From assembly GCA_950097015.1 (NCBI GenBank), contig CATNEN010000014.1:1302001-1366000 (forward strand): a stretch of DNA of 64,000 nucleotides, given 5' to 3'. The translations under genes were made by a program, and so were the position numbers. The stretch's first letter is position 1. Every line of letters begins with the position of its first letter. Positions 1 to 14,400 of the stretch are shown here, piece after piece. A model generated the notes under the pieces. It searched no databases. It worked only from the letters and a program-made list of their open reading frames with translations, and was not told the origin of the DNA. The stretch comes from Macrostomum hystrix (lineage: Eukaryota > Animalia > Platyhelminthes).

Positions 1-739
1 CCAGTTGACAATGATCCCCCAGTTGATGATGATCCCCCAGTTGACAATGATCCCCCAGTTGACAATGAACCCCCAGTTGACAATGATCCCCAGTTGACAA
101 TGATCCCCCAGTTCACAATGATCCCCTTGTTGACAATGATCCCCCAGTTGACAATGATCCCACAGTTGACAATGATCCCCCAGTTGATGATGATCCCCCA
201 GTTGACAATGATCACCCAGTTGACAATGATCCCCCAGTTGACAATGATCCCCCAGTTGACAATGATCTCACAGTTGACAATGATCCCCCAGTTTACAATG
301 ATCCCCCAGTTGACAATGATCCCCCAGTTGACAATGATCACCCAGTTGACAATGATCTCACAGTTGACAATGATCCCCCAGTTGACAATGATCCCTCAGA
401 TGACAATGATCCCCCAGTTGACAATGATCACCCAGTTGATGATGATCCCCCAGTTGATAATGATACCCCAGTTGACAATGATCCCCCAGTTGACAATGAT
501 CCCCCAGTTGACAATGATCCCCCAGTTGACAATGATCCCCCAGTTGACAATGATCTCACAGTTGACAATGATCCCCCAGTTGACAATGATCCCCAGTTGA
601 CAATGATCCCCCAGTTGACAATGATCACCCAGTTGACAATGATCCCCCAGTTGACAATGATCCCCCAGTTGACAATGATCCCCCATTTGATGAGGACTCC
701 TTATTGATGATGATGCCCAGTTGACAATGTTGCCCAGTT
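1..739. repeat. 18-bp satellite A (CCCCCAGTTGACAATGAT)n inside F2 copy 1
   Basis: Tandem 18-mers read directly; source of the (QLTMIP)n-type ORFs. Confidence 0.97.
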
Positions 740-884
740 AATTTTTATATTAGCTTCTTTTGTAGAAAATTGAGAAGAACAACAATTAAATGATTATTAG
801 GCAAAATATTTATCATACAAATTATATCATTATGACGTTATGAGATAACAAACTCAAAATTCAATTCAATGACAAAAGACAAAT

Positions 885-2372
885 TTTGCCATGATTCAAA
901 CGCTGGTTTAGCCATGATTCAGACTCTGGTTTAGCCATGATTCAGACTCTGGTTTAGCCATGATTCATACTATGGTTTAGCCATGATTCAGACGCTGGTT
1001 TAGCCATGATTCAGACTCTGGTTTAGCCATGATTCAGACTCTGGTTTAGCCATGATGCAAACTCTGGTTTAGCCATGATTCAAACTCTGGTTTAGCCATG
1101 ATTCGGACTCTGGTTTAGCCATGATTCAGACTCTGGTTTAGCCATGATTCAAACTCTGGTTTAGCCATGATTCAGACGCTGGTTTAGCCATGATTCAGAC
1201 GCTGGTTTAACTATGATTTAAACTCTGTTTTAGCCATGATTCAGACTCTGGTTTTGCCATGATTCAGACTCTGGTTTAGCCATGATTCAGACTATGGTTT
1301 AGCCATGATTCAGACTCTGGTTTAGCCATGATTCAGACCCTGGTTTAGCCATGATTCAAACTCTGGTTTAGCCATGATTCAGACTCTGGTTTAGCCATGA
1401 TTTAAACTCTGTTTTAGCCATGATTCAGACCCTGGTTTAGCCATGATTCAAACTCTGGTTTAGCCATGATTCAGACTCTGGTTTTGCCATGATTCAAACT
1501 CTGGTTTAGCCATGATTCAGACTCTGGTTTAGCCATGATTCAGATTCAGACTCTGGTTTAGCCATGATTCAAACTCTGGGTTAGCCATGATTCAAAATCT
1601 GGTTTAGCCATGATTCAAACTCTGGTTTAGCCATGATTCAGACTCTGGTTTAGCCATGATTCAAACTCTGGTTTAGCCATGATTCAGACGCTGGTTTAGC
1701 CATGATTCAGACTCTGGTTTAGCCATGATTCAAAGTCTGGGTTAGCCATGATTCAAACTCTGGTTTAGCCATGATTCAAACTCTGGGTTAGCCATGATTC
1801 AGACTCTGGTTTAGCCATGATTCAGACTCTGGTTTAGCCATGATTCAGACTCTGGTTTAGCCATGATTCAAACTCTGGTTTAGCCATGATTCAGACGCTG
1901 GTTTAGCCATGATTCAGACTCTGGTTTAGCCATGATTCAAAGTCTGGGTTAGCCATGATTCAAACTCTGGTTTAGCCATGATTCAAACTCTGGGTTAGCC
2001 ATGATTCAAACTCTGGTTTAGCCATGATTCAGACTCTGGTTTAGCCATGATTCAGACTCTGGTTTAGCCATGATTCAAACTCTGGTTTAGCCATGATTCA
2101 GACCCTGGTTTAGCCATGATTCAAACTCTGGTTTAGCCATGATTCAGACTCTGGTTTAGCCATGATTCAGACTCCAGTTTAGCCATGATTCAGACTCTGG
2201 TTTAGCCATGATTCAAGCTCTGGTTTAGCCATGATTCAGACGCTGGTTTAGCCATGAGTCAAGCTCTATTTTTGCCATGATTCAAACTCTGGTTTAGCCA
2301 TGATTCAGACGCTGGTTTAGCCATGATTCAAGCTCTATTTTTGCCATGATTCAAACTCAGGTTTGCTATGAT
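885..2372. repeat. 23-bp satellite B (GCCATGATTCAGACTCTGGTTTA)n inside F2 copy 1
   Basis: Tandem 23-mers read directly. Confidence 0.97.
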
Positions 2373-2454
2373 TTATGATATTTTATTTACGAAACGAAAA
2401 AAAAAAATCAAAATAATCTTCAATCACTACTGGCTGAAAATTAGTCTAAATGAT

Positions 2455-2530
2455 TTGACGCAGTGCAGAATCGAACCCTAGCCTAGCCTATAACCTATTC
2501 CTAGTGCCTACACATCGGCTATTCCGACTG
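2455..2530 (-). other. tRNA/SINE-like Pol III promoter remnant inside F2 (also near 6209, 19453, 20026)
   Basis: Minus-strand B-box GGTTCGATTC (2477-2468) with an A-box-like TAGCCGATGTGTAGG about 30 nt upstream. No full cloverleaf. Confidence 0.4.
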
Positions 2531-2962
2531 TTGGTTGGTGGGTGCAAAAATCAGCCTTATAAAATGAATTCTCAAAGTTCTGGCTTTGTACAATGAAGTG
2601 AGAAAATAGAGTACACTCAGTCTCGCGGTTGGTTGTGTACATTTATTTCAAATTTGTCTCCAGAGTGCAGGCTTCTAACTCAGTCAGCGAGGGGGTGTTG
2701 CGCAATTTGACGATGCAATTCCAATTCAGCGGCAGTGAGTAAAATTCTCAATAGGCCAAGATGGTTTGACCTTTGAAAAATCATGTTTTTCGAATATTTA
2801 ATCCCTTTAGCAATAAAGTTAGGCTTAATAAAAATACGTGTAAAATTGTCCCCATATTTGGCATCTTTTGGTGAAGAAATGGTGAAAATCGGTTGAGCCG
2901 TTCGGAAGAAAATCAATTACAACCAACCAACCAAGCAACCATTTCATTTTTAGTATAGTGGA

Positions 2963-3297
2963 CTAGCTGCCTTCGCTACCCTCTGGGTAGCCTCACTGGA
3001 GTTCTTATCAGTTCGTTATCAAAACTGGCTCTGATGCAATCATTAAAGTTGGCACTGGAGCCTCACTGTGCACAAGCTGAAAACAAGAATGCATTAGAAA
3101 AGCCTATTTAAAACAGTTTTTCGAATATTTAATCCCCTTGCCAATGGAATTAAGCTTAATAAAATTACGTGTACCGATTCCGGCCCAATTGTGATCTTTT
3201 GGCGAAGGAATTGTGAAAATCGGTTAAGCCGTTCGGGAGCTAGTCGATTGCAAACATACAAGCAAGCAAGCAAGATTTTCATTTTTAGTATATTAGA
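2963..3297 (-). mobile_element. Non-autonomous Helitron family F1 (335 bp)
   Basis: Minus strand: 5' TCTAATATACTAAAAATG plus (CTTG)n; 3' hairpin GCTACCC-AGA-GGGTAGC, then GAAGGCAG-CTAG. Confidence 0.8.
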
Positions 3298-3398
3298 CTA
3301 GCATGTTTTGCCCCCCTTCGGGGAGCAGAAATATTTTTAATTCGTCTTGTATATACTGTTTAGCAGCTGAATTTACAGCTTTTTAAAGCTAAAATAAA

Positions 3399-4642
3399 CC
3401 CCCAGTTGACAATGATCCCCCAGTTGACAATGATCCCCCAGTTGACAATGATCCCCCAGTTGATGATGATCCCCCAGTTGACAATGATCCCCCAGTTGAC
3501 AATGAACCCCCAGTTGACAATGATCCCCAGTTGACAATGATCCCCCAGTTGATGATGATCCCCCAGTTGACAATGATCCCCCAGTTGACAATGAACCCCC
3601 AGTTGACAATGATCCCCAGTTGACAATGATCCCCCAGTTCACAATGATCCCCTTGTTGACAATGATCCCCCAGTTGACAATGATCCCACAGTTGACAATG
3701 ATCCCCCAGTTGATGATGATCCCCCAGTTGACAATGATCACCCAGTTGACAATGATCCCCCAGTTGACAATGATCCCCCAGTTGACAATGATCTCACAGT
3801 TGACAATGATCCCCCAGTTTACAATGATCCCCCAGTTGACAATGATCCCCCAGTTGACAATGATCACCCAGTTGACAATGATCTCACAGTTGACAATGAT
3901 CCCCCAGTTGACAATGATCCCTCAGATGACAATGATCCCCCAGTTGACAATGATCACCCAGTTGATGATGATCCCCCAGTTGATAATGATACCCCAGTTG
4001 ACAATGATCCCCCAGTTGACAATGATCCCCCAGTTGACAATGATCTCCCAGTTGACAATGATCCCCCAGTTGACAATGAACACCCATTTGACAATCATTC
4101 CCAAGTTGACAATGATCCCCCAGTTGATAATGATACCCCAGTTGACAATGATCCCTCAGTTGACAATGATCCCCCAGTTGACAATGATCACCCAGTTGAC
4201 AATGATCCCCCAGTTGACAATGATCCCCCAGTTGACAATGTTCCCCCAGTTGACAATGATCCCCAGTTGACAATGATCCCCCAGTTCACAATGATCCCCT
4301 TGTTGACAATGATCCCCCAGTTGACAATGATCCCACAGTTGACAATGATCCCCCAGTTTACAATGATCCCCCAGTTGATGATGATCCCCCAGTTGACAAT
4401 GATCCCCCAGTTGACAATGATCCCCCAGTTGACAATGATCCCCCAGTTGACAATGATCTCACAGTTGACAATGATCCCCCAGTTGACAATGATCCCCAGT
4501 TGACAATGATCCCCCAGTTGACAATGATCACCCAGTTGACAATGATCCCCCAGTTGACAATGATCCCCCAGTTGACAATGATCCCCCATTTGATGAGGAC
4601 TCCTTATTGATGATGATGCCCAGTTGACAATGTTGCCCAGTT
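3399..4642. repeat. Satellite A array (18 bp)
   Basis: Tandem 18-mers. Confidence 0.97.
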
Positions 4643-4787
4643 AATTTTTATATTAGCTTCTTTTGTAGAAAATTGAGAAGAACAACAATTAAATGATTAT
4701 TAGGCAAAATATTTATCATACAAATTATATCATTATGACGTTATGAGATAACAAACTCAAAATTCAATTCAATGACAAAAGACAAAT

Positions 4788-6113
4788 TTTGCCATGATTC
4801 AAACGCTGGTTTAGCCATGATTCAGACTCTGGTTTAGCCATGATTCATACTATGGTTTAGCCATGATTCATACTATGGTTTAGCCATGATTCAGACGCTG
4901 GTTTAGCCATGATTCAGACTCTGGTTTAGCCATGATTCAGACTCTGGTTTAGCCATGATGCAAACTCTGGTTTAGCCATGATTCAAACTCTGGTTTAGCC
5001 ATGATTCGGACTCTGGTTTAGCCATGATTCAGACTCTGGTTTAGCCATGATTGAAACTCTGGTTTAGCCATGATTCAGACGCTGGTTTAGCCATGATTCA
5101 GACGCTGGTTTAGCCATGATTCAGACTATGGTTAAGCCATGATTCAGACTCTGGTTTAGCCATGATTCAGACCCTGGTTTAGCCATGATTCAAACTCTGG
5201 TTTAGCCATGATTCAGACTCTGGTTTTGCCATGATTCAAACTCTGGTTTAGCCATGATTCAGACTCTGGTTTAGCCATGATTCAGATTCAGACTCTGGTT
5301 TAGCCATGATTCAAACTCTGGGTTAGCCATGATTCAAAATCTGGTTTAGCCATGATTCAAACTCTGGTTTAGCCATGATTCAGACTCTGGTTTAGCCATG
5401 ATTCAAACTCTGGTTTAGCCATGATTCAGACGCTGGTTTAGCCATGATTCAGACTCTGGTTTAGCCATGATTCAAAGTCTGGGTTAGCCATGATTCAAAC
5501 TCTGGTTTAGCCATGATTCAAACTCTGGGTTAGCCATGATTCAGACTCTGGTTTAGCCATGATTCAGACTCTGGTTTAGCCATGATTCAGACTCTGGTTT
5601 AGCCATGATTCAAACTCTGGTTTAGCCATGATTCAGACGCTGGTTTAGCCATGATTCAGACTCTGGTTTAGCCATGATTCAAAGTCTGGGTTAGCCATGA
5701 TTCAAACTCTGGTTTAGCCATGATTCAAACTCTGGGTTAGCCATGATTCAAACTCTGGTTTAGCCATGATTCAGACTCTGGTTTAGCCATGATTCAGACT
5801 CTGGTTTAGCCATGATTCAAACTCTGGTTTAGCCATGATTCAGACCCTGGTTTAGCCATGATTCAAACTCTGGTTTAGCCATGATTCAGACTCTGGTTTA
5901 GCCATGATTCAGACTCCAGTTTAGCCATGATTCAGACTCTGGTTTAGCCATGATTCAAGCTCTGGTTTAGCCATGATTCAGACGCTGGTTTAGCCATGAT
6001 TCAAGCTCTATTTTTGCCATGATTCAAACTCTGGTTTAGCCATGATTCAGACGCTGGTTTAGCCATGATTCAAGCTCTATTTTTGCCATGATTCAAACTC
6101 AGGTTTGCTATGA
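4788..6113. repeat. Satellite B array (23 bp)
   Basis: Tandem 23-mers. Confidence 0.97.
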
Positions 6114-6703
6114 TTTATGATATTTTATTTACGAAACGAAAAAAAAAATCAAAATAATCTTCAATCACTACTGGCTGAAAATTAGTCTAAATGATTTGAC
6201 GCAGTGCAGAATCGAACCCTAGCCTAGCCTATAACCTATTCCTAGTGCCTACACATCGGCTATTCCGACTGTTGGTTGGTGGGTGCAAAAATCAGCCTTA
6301 TAAAATGAATTCTCAAAGTTCTGGCTTTGTACAATGAAGTGAGAAAATAGAGTACACTCAGTCTCGCGGTTGGTTGTGTACATTTATTTCAAATTTGTCT
6401 CCAGAGTGCAGGCTTCTAACTCAGTCAGCGAGGGGGTGTTGCGCAATTTGACGATGCAATTCCAATTCAGCGGCAGTGAGTAAAATTCTCAATAGGCCAA
6501 GATGGTTTGACCTTTGAAAAATCATGTTTTTCGAATATTTAATCCCTTTAGCAATAAAGTTAGGCTTAATAAAAATACGTGTAAAATTGTCCCCATATTT
6601 GGCATCTTTTGGTGAAGAAATGGTGAAAATCGGTTGAGCCGTTCGGAAGAAAATCAATTACAACCAACCAACCAAGCAACCATATCATTTTTAGTATAGT
6701 GGA

Positions 6704-7318
6704 CTAGCTGCCTTCGCTACCCTCTGGGTAGCCTCACTGGAGTTCTTATCAGTTCGTTATCAAAACTGGCTCTGATGCAATCATTAAAGTTGGCACTGGA
6801 GCCTCACTGTGCACAAGCTGAAAACAAGAATGCATTAGAAAAGCCTATTTAAAACTGTTTTTCGAATATTTAATCCCCTTGGCAATGGAATTAAGCTTAA
6901 TAAAAATACGTGTACCGATTCCGGCCTATTTGTGATCTTTTTGCGAAGGAATTGTGAAAATCGGTTGAGCCGTTCGGGAGCTAGTCGATTGCAAGCAAGC
7001 AAGATTTTCATTTTTAGTATATTAGACTAGCTGCCTTCGCTACCCTCTGGGTAGCCTCACTGGAGTTCTTATCAGTGCGTTATCAAAACTGGCTCTGATG
7101 CAATCATTAAATTTGGCACTGGAGGCCTCACTGTGCACAAGCTGAAAACAAGAATGCATTAGAAAAGCCTATTTAAAACTGTTTTTCGAATATTTAATCC
7201 CCTTGGCAATGAAATTAAGCTTAATAAAATTACGTGTACCGATTCCGGCCCAATTGTGATCTTTTGGCGAAGGAATTGTGAAAATCGGTTGAGCCGTTCG
7301 GGAGCTAGTCGATTGCAA

Positions 7319-7349
<31 letters not shown>

Positions 7350-8383
7350 CGATTTTCATTTTTAGTATATTAGAAGACTAGCTGCCTTCGCTACCCTCTG
7401 GGTAGCCTCACTGGAGTTCTTATCAGTTCGTTATCAAAACTGGCTCTGATGCAATCATAAAAATTGGCACTGGAGCCTCACTGTGCACAAGCTGAAAACA
7501 AGAATGCATTAGAAAAGCCTATTTAAAACTGTTTTTCGAATATTTAATCCCCTTGGCAATGGAATTAAGCTTAAAAAAAATACGTGTACCGATTCGGGCC
7601 CATTTGTGATCTTTTGGCGAAGGAATTGTGAAAATCGGTTGAGCTGTTCGGGAGCTAGTCGATTGCAAACATACAAACATACAAACATACAAGATTTTCA
7701 TTTTTAGTATATTAGACTAGCTGCCTTCGCTACCCTCTGGGTAGCCTCCCTGTGAGTTCTTATCAGTTCGTTATCAAAACTGGCTCTGATGCAATCATTA
7801 AAATTGGCACTGGAGCCTCACTGTGCACAAGCTGAAAACAAGAATGCATTAGAAAAGCCTATTTAAAACTGTTTTTCGAATATTTAATCCCCTTGGCAAT
7901 GGAATTAAGCTTAATAAAAATACGTGTACCGATTCGGGACCAATTGTGATCTTTTAGCGAAGGAATTGCGAAAATCGGTTGAGCCGTTCGGGAGCTAGTC
8001 GATTGCAAACATACAAGCAAGCAAGATTTTCATTTTTAGTATATTAGAAGACTAGCTGCCTTCGCTACCCTCTGGGTAGCCTCCCTGTGAGTTCTTATCA
8101 GTACGCGCGTGCGTTATCAAAACTGGCTCTGATGCAATCATTAAAATTGGCACTGGAACCTCACTGTGCACAAGCTGAAAACAAGAATGCATTAGAAAAG
8201 CCTATTTAAAACTGTTTTTCGAATATTTAATCCCCTTGGCAATGGAATTAAGCTTAATAAAAATACGTGTACCGATTCCGGCCAATTTGTGATCTTTTAG
8301 CGAAGGAATTGTGAAAATCGGTTGAGCCGTTCGGGAGCTAGTCGATTGCAAACATACAAGATTTTCATTTTTAGTGTAATAGA
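6704..8383 (-). mobile_element. Five head-to-tail Helitron F1 copies (6704-7026, 7027-7377, 7378-7716, 7717-8051, 8052-8383)
   Basis: About 330-350-bp near-identical units joined by minus-strand CTAG|TC junctions. The microsatellite varies between units (CAAG, CAAA, ACAT). Confidence 0.85.
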
Positions 8384-8476
8384 CTAGCATGTTTTGCCCC
8401 CCTTCGGGGAGCAGAAATATTTTTAATTCGTCTTGTATATACTTTTTAGCAGCTGTATTTTCAGCTTTTTAATCCT

Positions 8477-11400
8477 ACAATGATCCCCCAGTTGACAATG
8501 ATCCCCCAGTTGACAATGATCCCCCAGTCAACAATGATTCCCCAGTTGACAATGATCCCCCAGTTGATGATGACTCCCCATTGATGATGACCCCCCAGTT
8601 GACAATGTTCCCCCAGTTGACAATAATCCTCCAGTTGACAATGATCCCCAGTTGACAATGTTCCGCAAGTTGACAATGATCCCCCAGTTGACAATGATAC
8701 CCCAGTTTACAATAATCCCCCAGTTGACAATAATCCTCCAGTTGACAATGATCCCCAGTTGACAATGTTCCCCAAGTTGACAATGATCCCCCAGTTGACA
8801 ATGATCCCCCAGTTAACAATGATCCCCCAGTTAACAATGATCCACCAGTTGGTGATGATCCCCCAGTTGACAATGATCCCCAAGTTTAAAATGATCCCCC
8901 AGTTGACAATGATCCACCAGTTGATTATGATCCCCCAGTTGACAATGATCCCCAGTTTAAAATGATCCCCCTGTTGAGAAAGATCCACCAGTTGATGATG
9001 ATCCCCCAGTTGACGATGATCCCCCAGTTGACAATGATCCACCAGTCGACAATAATTCCCCAGTTGACAATGATCCCCCAGTTGATGATGACTCCCCATT
9101 GATGAAGATCCCCAGTTGAGAATGTTCCCCCAGTTGACAATGATCCCCCAGTTGACTATAATTCCCCAGTTTACAATGATTCCCCTAGTTGATAATGATC
9201 ACCCAGTTGACAATCATCCCCCAGTTGACAATGATCCCCCAGTTGATGATGTTCCGCCAGTTGACAATGATCCCCCAGTTGATGATGATCCCCCAGTTGA
9301 CAATGATCGACCAGTCGACAATGATTCCCCAGTTGAGATTGATCCCCCGATTGATGATGATCACCCAGTTGACAATGATCCCCCAGTTGATGATGACTCC
9401 CCATTGATGAGGATCCCCAGTTGAGAATGTTCCCCCAGTTGACAATGATCCCCCAGTTGACAATAATTCCCCAGTTTACAATGATTCCCCTAGTTAATAA
9501 TGATCACCCAGTTGACAATCATCCCCCAGTTGACAATTATCCCCCAGAAGACAATTATCCCCCAGTTGACAATGATCCCCCAGTTGACAATGATTCCCCA
9601 GTTGACAATAATTCCCCAGTTTACAATGATTCCCCTAGTTAATAATGATCACCCAGTTGACAATCATCCCCCAGTTGACAATTATCCCCCAGTAGACAAT
9701 TATCCCCCAGTTGACAATGATCCCCCAGTTGACAATGATTCCCCAGTTGATAATGATCACCCAGTTGACAATGATCCCCCAGTTGACGATTATCCCCCAG
9801 TTTAACATGATCCCCTATTTGATGATGATTCCCCAGTTGACAATGATCCACCAGTCGACAATAATTCCCCAGTTGACAATGATCCCCCAGTTGATGATGA
9901 CTCCCCATTGATGAAGATCCCCAGTTGAGAATGTTCCCCCAGTTGACAATGATCCCCCAGTTGACAATAATTCCCCAGTTTACAATGATTCCCCTAGTTG
10001 ATAATGATCACCCAGTTGACAATCATCCCCCAGTTGACAATGATCCCCCAGTTGATGATGTTCCGCCAGTTGACAATGATCCCCCAGTTGATGATGATCC
10101 CCCAGTTGACAATGATCGACCAGTCGACAATGATTCCCCAGTTGAGATTGATCCCCCGATTGATGATGATCACCCAGTTGACAATGATCCCCCAGTTGAT
10201 GATGACTCCCCATTGATGAGGATCCCCAGTTGAGAATGTTCCCCCAGTTGACAATGATCCCCCAGTTGACAATAATTCCCCAGTTTACAATGATTCCCCT
10301 AGTTAATAATGATCACCCAGTTGACAATCATCCCCCAGTTGACAATTATCCCCCAGTAGACAATTATCCCCCAGTTGACAATGATCCCCCAGTTGACAAT
10401 GATTCCCCAGTTGATAATGATCACCCAGTTGACAATGATCCCCCAGTTGACGATTATCCCCCAGTTTAACATGATCCCCTATTTGATGATGATTCCGCAG
10501 TTGACAATTATCCCCCAGTTTACAATAATCCCCCAGTTGACAATAATCCTCCAGTTGACAATGATCCCCAGTTGACAATGTTCCCCAAGTTGACAATGAT
10601 CCCCCAGTTGACAATGATCCCCCAGTTAACAATGATCCCCCAGTTAACAATGATCCACCAGTTGGTGATGATCCCCCAGTTGACAATGATCCCCAAGTTT
10701 AAAATGATCCCCCAGTTGACAATGATCCACCAGTTGATTATGATCCCCCAGTTGACAATGATCCCCAGTTTAAAATGATCCCCCTGTTGAGAAAGATCCA
10801 CCAGTTGATGATGATCCCCCAGTTGACGATGATCCCCCAGTTGACAATGATCCACCAGTCGACAATAATTCCCCAGTTGACAATGATCCCCCAGTTGATG
10901 ATGACTCCCCATTGATGAAGATCCCCAGTTGAGAATGTTCCCCCAGTTGACAATGATCCCCCAGTTGACTATAATTCCCCAGTTTACAATGATTCCCCTA
11001 GTTGATAATGATCACCCAGTTGACAATCATCCCCCAGTTGACAATGATCCCCCAGTTGATGATGTTCCGCCAGTTGACAATGATCCCCCAGTTGATGATG
11101 ATCCCCCAGTTGACAATGATCGACCAGTCGACAATGATTCCCCAGTTGAGATTGATCCCCCGATTGATGATGATCACCCAGTTGACAATGATCCCCCAGT
11201 TGATGATGACTCCCCATTGATGAGGATCCCCAGTTGAGAATGTTCCCCCAGTTGACAATGATCCCCCAGTTGACAATAATTCCCCAGTTTACAATGATTC
11301 CCCTAGTTAATAATGATCACCCAGTTGACAATCATCCCCCAGTTGACAATTATCCCCCAGAAGACAATTATCCCCCAGTTGACAATGATCCCCCAGTTGA

Positions 11401-14400
11401 CAATGATTCCCCAGTTGACAATAATTCCCCAGTTTACAATGATTCCCCTAGTTAATAATGATCACCCAGTTGACAATCATCCCCCAGTTGACAATTATCC
11501 CCCAGTAGACAATTATCCCCCAGTTGACAATGATCCCCCAGTTGACAATGATTCCCCAGTTGATAATGATCACCCAGTTGACAATGATCCCCCAGTTGAC
11601 GATTATCCCCCAGTTTAACATGATCCCCTATTTGATGATGATTCCCCAGTTGACAATGATCCACCAGTCGACAATAATTCCCCAGTTGACAATGATCCCC
11701 CAGTTGATGATGACTCCCCATTGATGAAGATCCCCAGTTGAGAATGTTCCCCCAGTTGACAATGATCCCCCAGTTGACAATAATTCCCCAGTTTACAATG
11801 ATTCCCCTAGTTGATAATGATCACCCAGTTGACAATCATCCCCCAGTTGACAATGATCCCCCAGTTGATGATGTTCCGCCAGTTGACAATGATCCCCCAG
11901 TTGATGATGATCCCCCAGTTGACAATGATCGACCAGTCGACAATGATTCCCCAGTTGAGATTGATCCCCCGATTGATGATGATCACCCAGTTGACAATGA
12001 TCCCCCAGTTGATGATGACTCCCCATTGATGAGGATCCCCAGTTGAGAATGTTCCCCCAGTTGACAATGATCCCCCAGTTGACAATAATTCCCCAGTTTA
12101 CAATGATTCCCCTAGTTAATAATGATCACCCAGTTGACAATCATCCCCCAGTTGACAATTATCCCCCAGTAGACAATTATCCCCCAGTTGACAATGATCC
12201 CCCAGTTGACAATGATTCCCCAGTTGATAATGATCACCCAGTTGACAATGATCCCCCAGTTGACGATTATCCCCCAGTTTAACATGATCCCCTATTTGAT
12301 GATGATTCCGCAGTTGACAATTATCCCCCAGTTGACAAATATCCCCCAGTTGACAATGATCCTCCAGTTGACAATGATCCTCCAGTTGACAATAATCCCC
12401 CAGTTAACCATGATCCCCCAGTTGACAATGATCCCCCAGTTGACAATGATCACCCAGTTAACGATGATCCACCAGTTGACAATGATCCCCCAGTTGACAA
12501 TGATCCGCCAGTTCACAATAATCCCCCAGTTGACAATGATCCCCCAGTTGAAAATGATTCCCCAGTTGACAATGATCCCCCAGATGACAATGATCCCCCA
12601 GTTGACAATGATACCCCAGTTGACAATGATCCCCCAGTTGGCCATGATCCCCTAGTTGACAATGATCCCCCAGTTGACAATGATCCCCCAGTTGACAATG
12701 ATCACCCAGTTGACAATGATACCCCAGTTGACAATGATCCCCCAGTTGACAATGATCACCCAGTTGACGATGATCCCCCAGTTGACAATGATCCCCCAGT
12801 TGACAATGATCCGCCAGTTGACAATGTTCCCAAAGTTGACAATGATCCCCCAGTTGACATGATCCCGCAGTTCACAATGATCACCCAGTTGACAATGATC
12901 CCCCAGTTCATGATGATCACCCAGTTGACAATGATCCCACAGTTGACAATGATACCCCAGTTGACAATGATCCCTCAGTTGACAATGATCCCCCAGTTAA
13001 CAATTTTCCCCCAGCTGAAAATGGTCCCCCAGTTGACCATGATCCGCCAGTTGACAATGATCACCCATTTGACGATGATCCACCGTCAATGATCCCCCAG
13101 TTGACAATGATCCGCCAGTTGGCCATGATCCCCTAGTTGACAATGATCCACCAGTTGACAATGATCCCCCAGTTGACAATGATCACCCAGTTGACAATGA
13201 TCCCCCAGTTGACAATTTTCCCCCAGTTGACAACGATCCCCCAGATGACAATGATCCCCCAGTTGACAATGATACCCCAGTTGACAATGATCCCCCAGTT
13301 GGCCATGATCCCCGAGTTGACAATGATCCCCCCAGTTGACAATTAATACCCAGTTGACAATGATCCCCTAGTTGACAATGTTCCCGCAGTTGACAATGAT
13401 CCCCCAGTTGACAATGATCCCCCAGTTGATGATGACTCCCCATTGATGAAGATCCCCAGTTGAGAATGTTCCCCCAGTTGACAATGATCCCCCAGTTGAT
13501 GATGATCCCCCAGTTGACAATGATCGACCAGTCGACAATGATTCCCCAGTTGAGATTGATCCCCCGATTGATGATGATCACCCAGTTGACAATGATCCCC
13601 CAGTTGATGATGACTCCCCATTGATGAGGATCCCCAGTTGAGAATGTTCCCCCAGTTGACAATGATCCCCCAGTTGACAATAATTCCCCAGTTTACAATG
13701 ATTCCCCTAGTTAATAATGATCACCCAGTTGACAATCATCCCCCAGTTGACAATTATCCCCCAGTAGACAATTATCCCCCAGTTGACAATGATCCCCCAG
13801 TTGACAATGATTCCCCAGTTGACAATAATTCCCCAGTTTACAATGATTCCCCTAGTTAATAATGATCACCCAGTTGACAATCATCCCCCAGTTGACAATT
13901 ATCCCCCAGTAGACAATTATCCCCCAGTTGACAATGATCCCCCAGTTGACAATGATTCCCCAGTTGATAATTATCACCCAGTTGACAATGATCCCCCAGT
14001 TGACGATTATCCCCCAGTTTAACATGATCCCCTATTTGATGATGATTCCCCAGTTGACAATGATCCACCAGTCGACAATAATTCCCCAGTTGACAATGAT
14101 CCCCCAGTTGATGATGACTCCCCATTGATGAAGATCCCCAGTTGAGAATGTTCCCCCAGTTGACAATGATCCCCCAGTTGACAATAATTCCCCAGTTTAC
14201 AATGATTCCCCTAGTTGATAATGATCACCCCGTTGACAATCATCCCCCAGTTGACAATGATCCCCCAGTTGATGATGTTCCGCCAGTTGACAATGATCCC
14301 CCAGTTGATGATGATCCCCCAGTTGACAATGATCGACCAGTCGACAATGATTCCCCAGTTGAGATTGATCCCCCGATTGATGATGATCACCCAGTTGACA

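Larger units (their letters stand above)
1..2962 (-). mobile_element. Non-autonomous Helitron family F2, copy 1 (3' end outside the window)
   Basis: Minus-strand 5' end TCCACTATACTAAAAATGAAAT plus (GGTT)n at 2962. Same internal order as complete copy 3298-6703 (unique body, 23-bp array, spacer, 18-bp array). Confidence 0.75.
3298..6703 (-). mobile_element. Helitron F2 copy 2, complete (3.4 kb)
   Basis: 5' TC at 6703; 3' hairpin TGCTCCCC-GAAG-GGGGGCA, then AAACATG-CTAG at 3298. Contains satellites A and B. Confidence 0.8.

Noticed and set aside
2680-8390. Short ORFs containing TAQPIF or RLAPERLNRF
   Set aside because: They are incidental frames over conserved non-coding Helitron 5' regions, with variable stops between copies.
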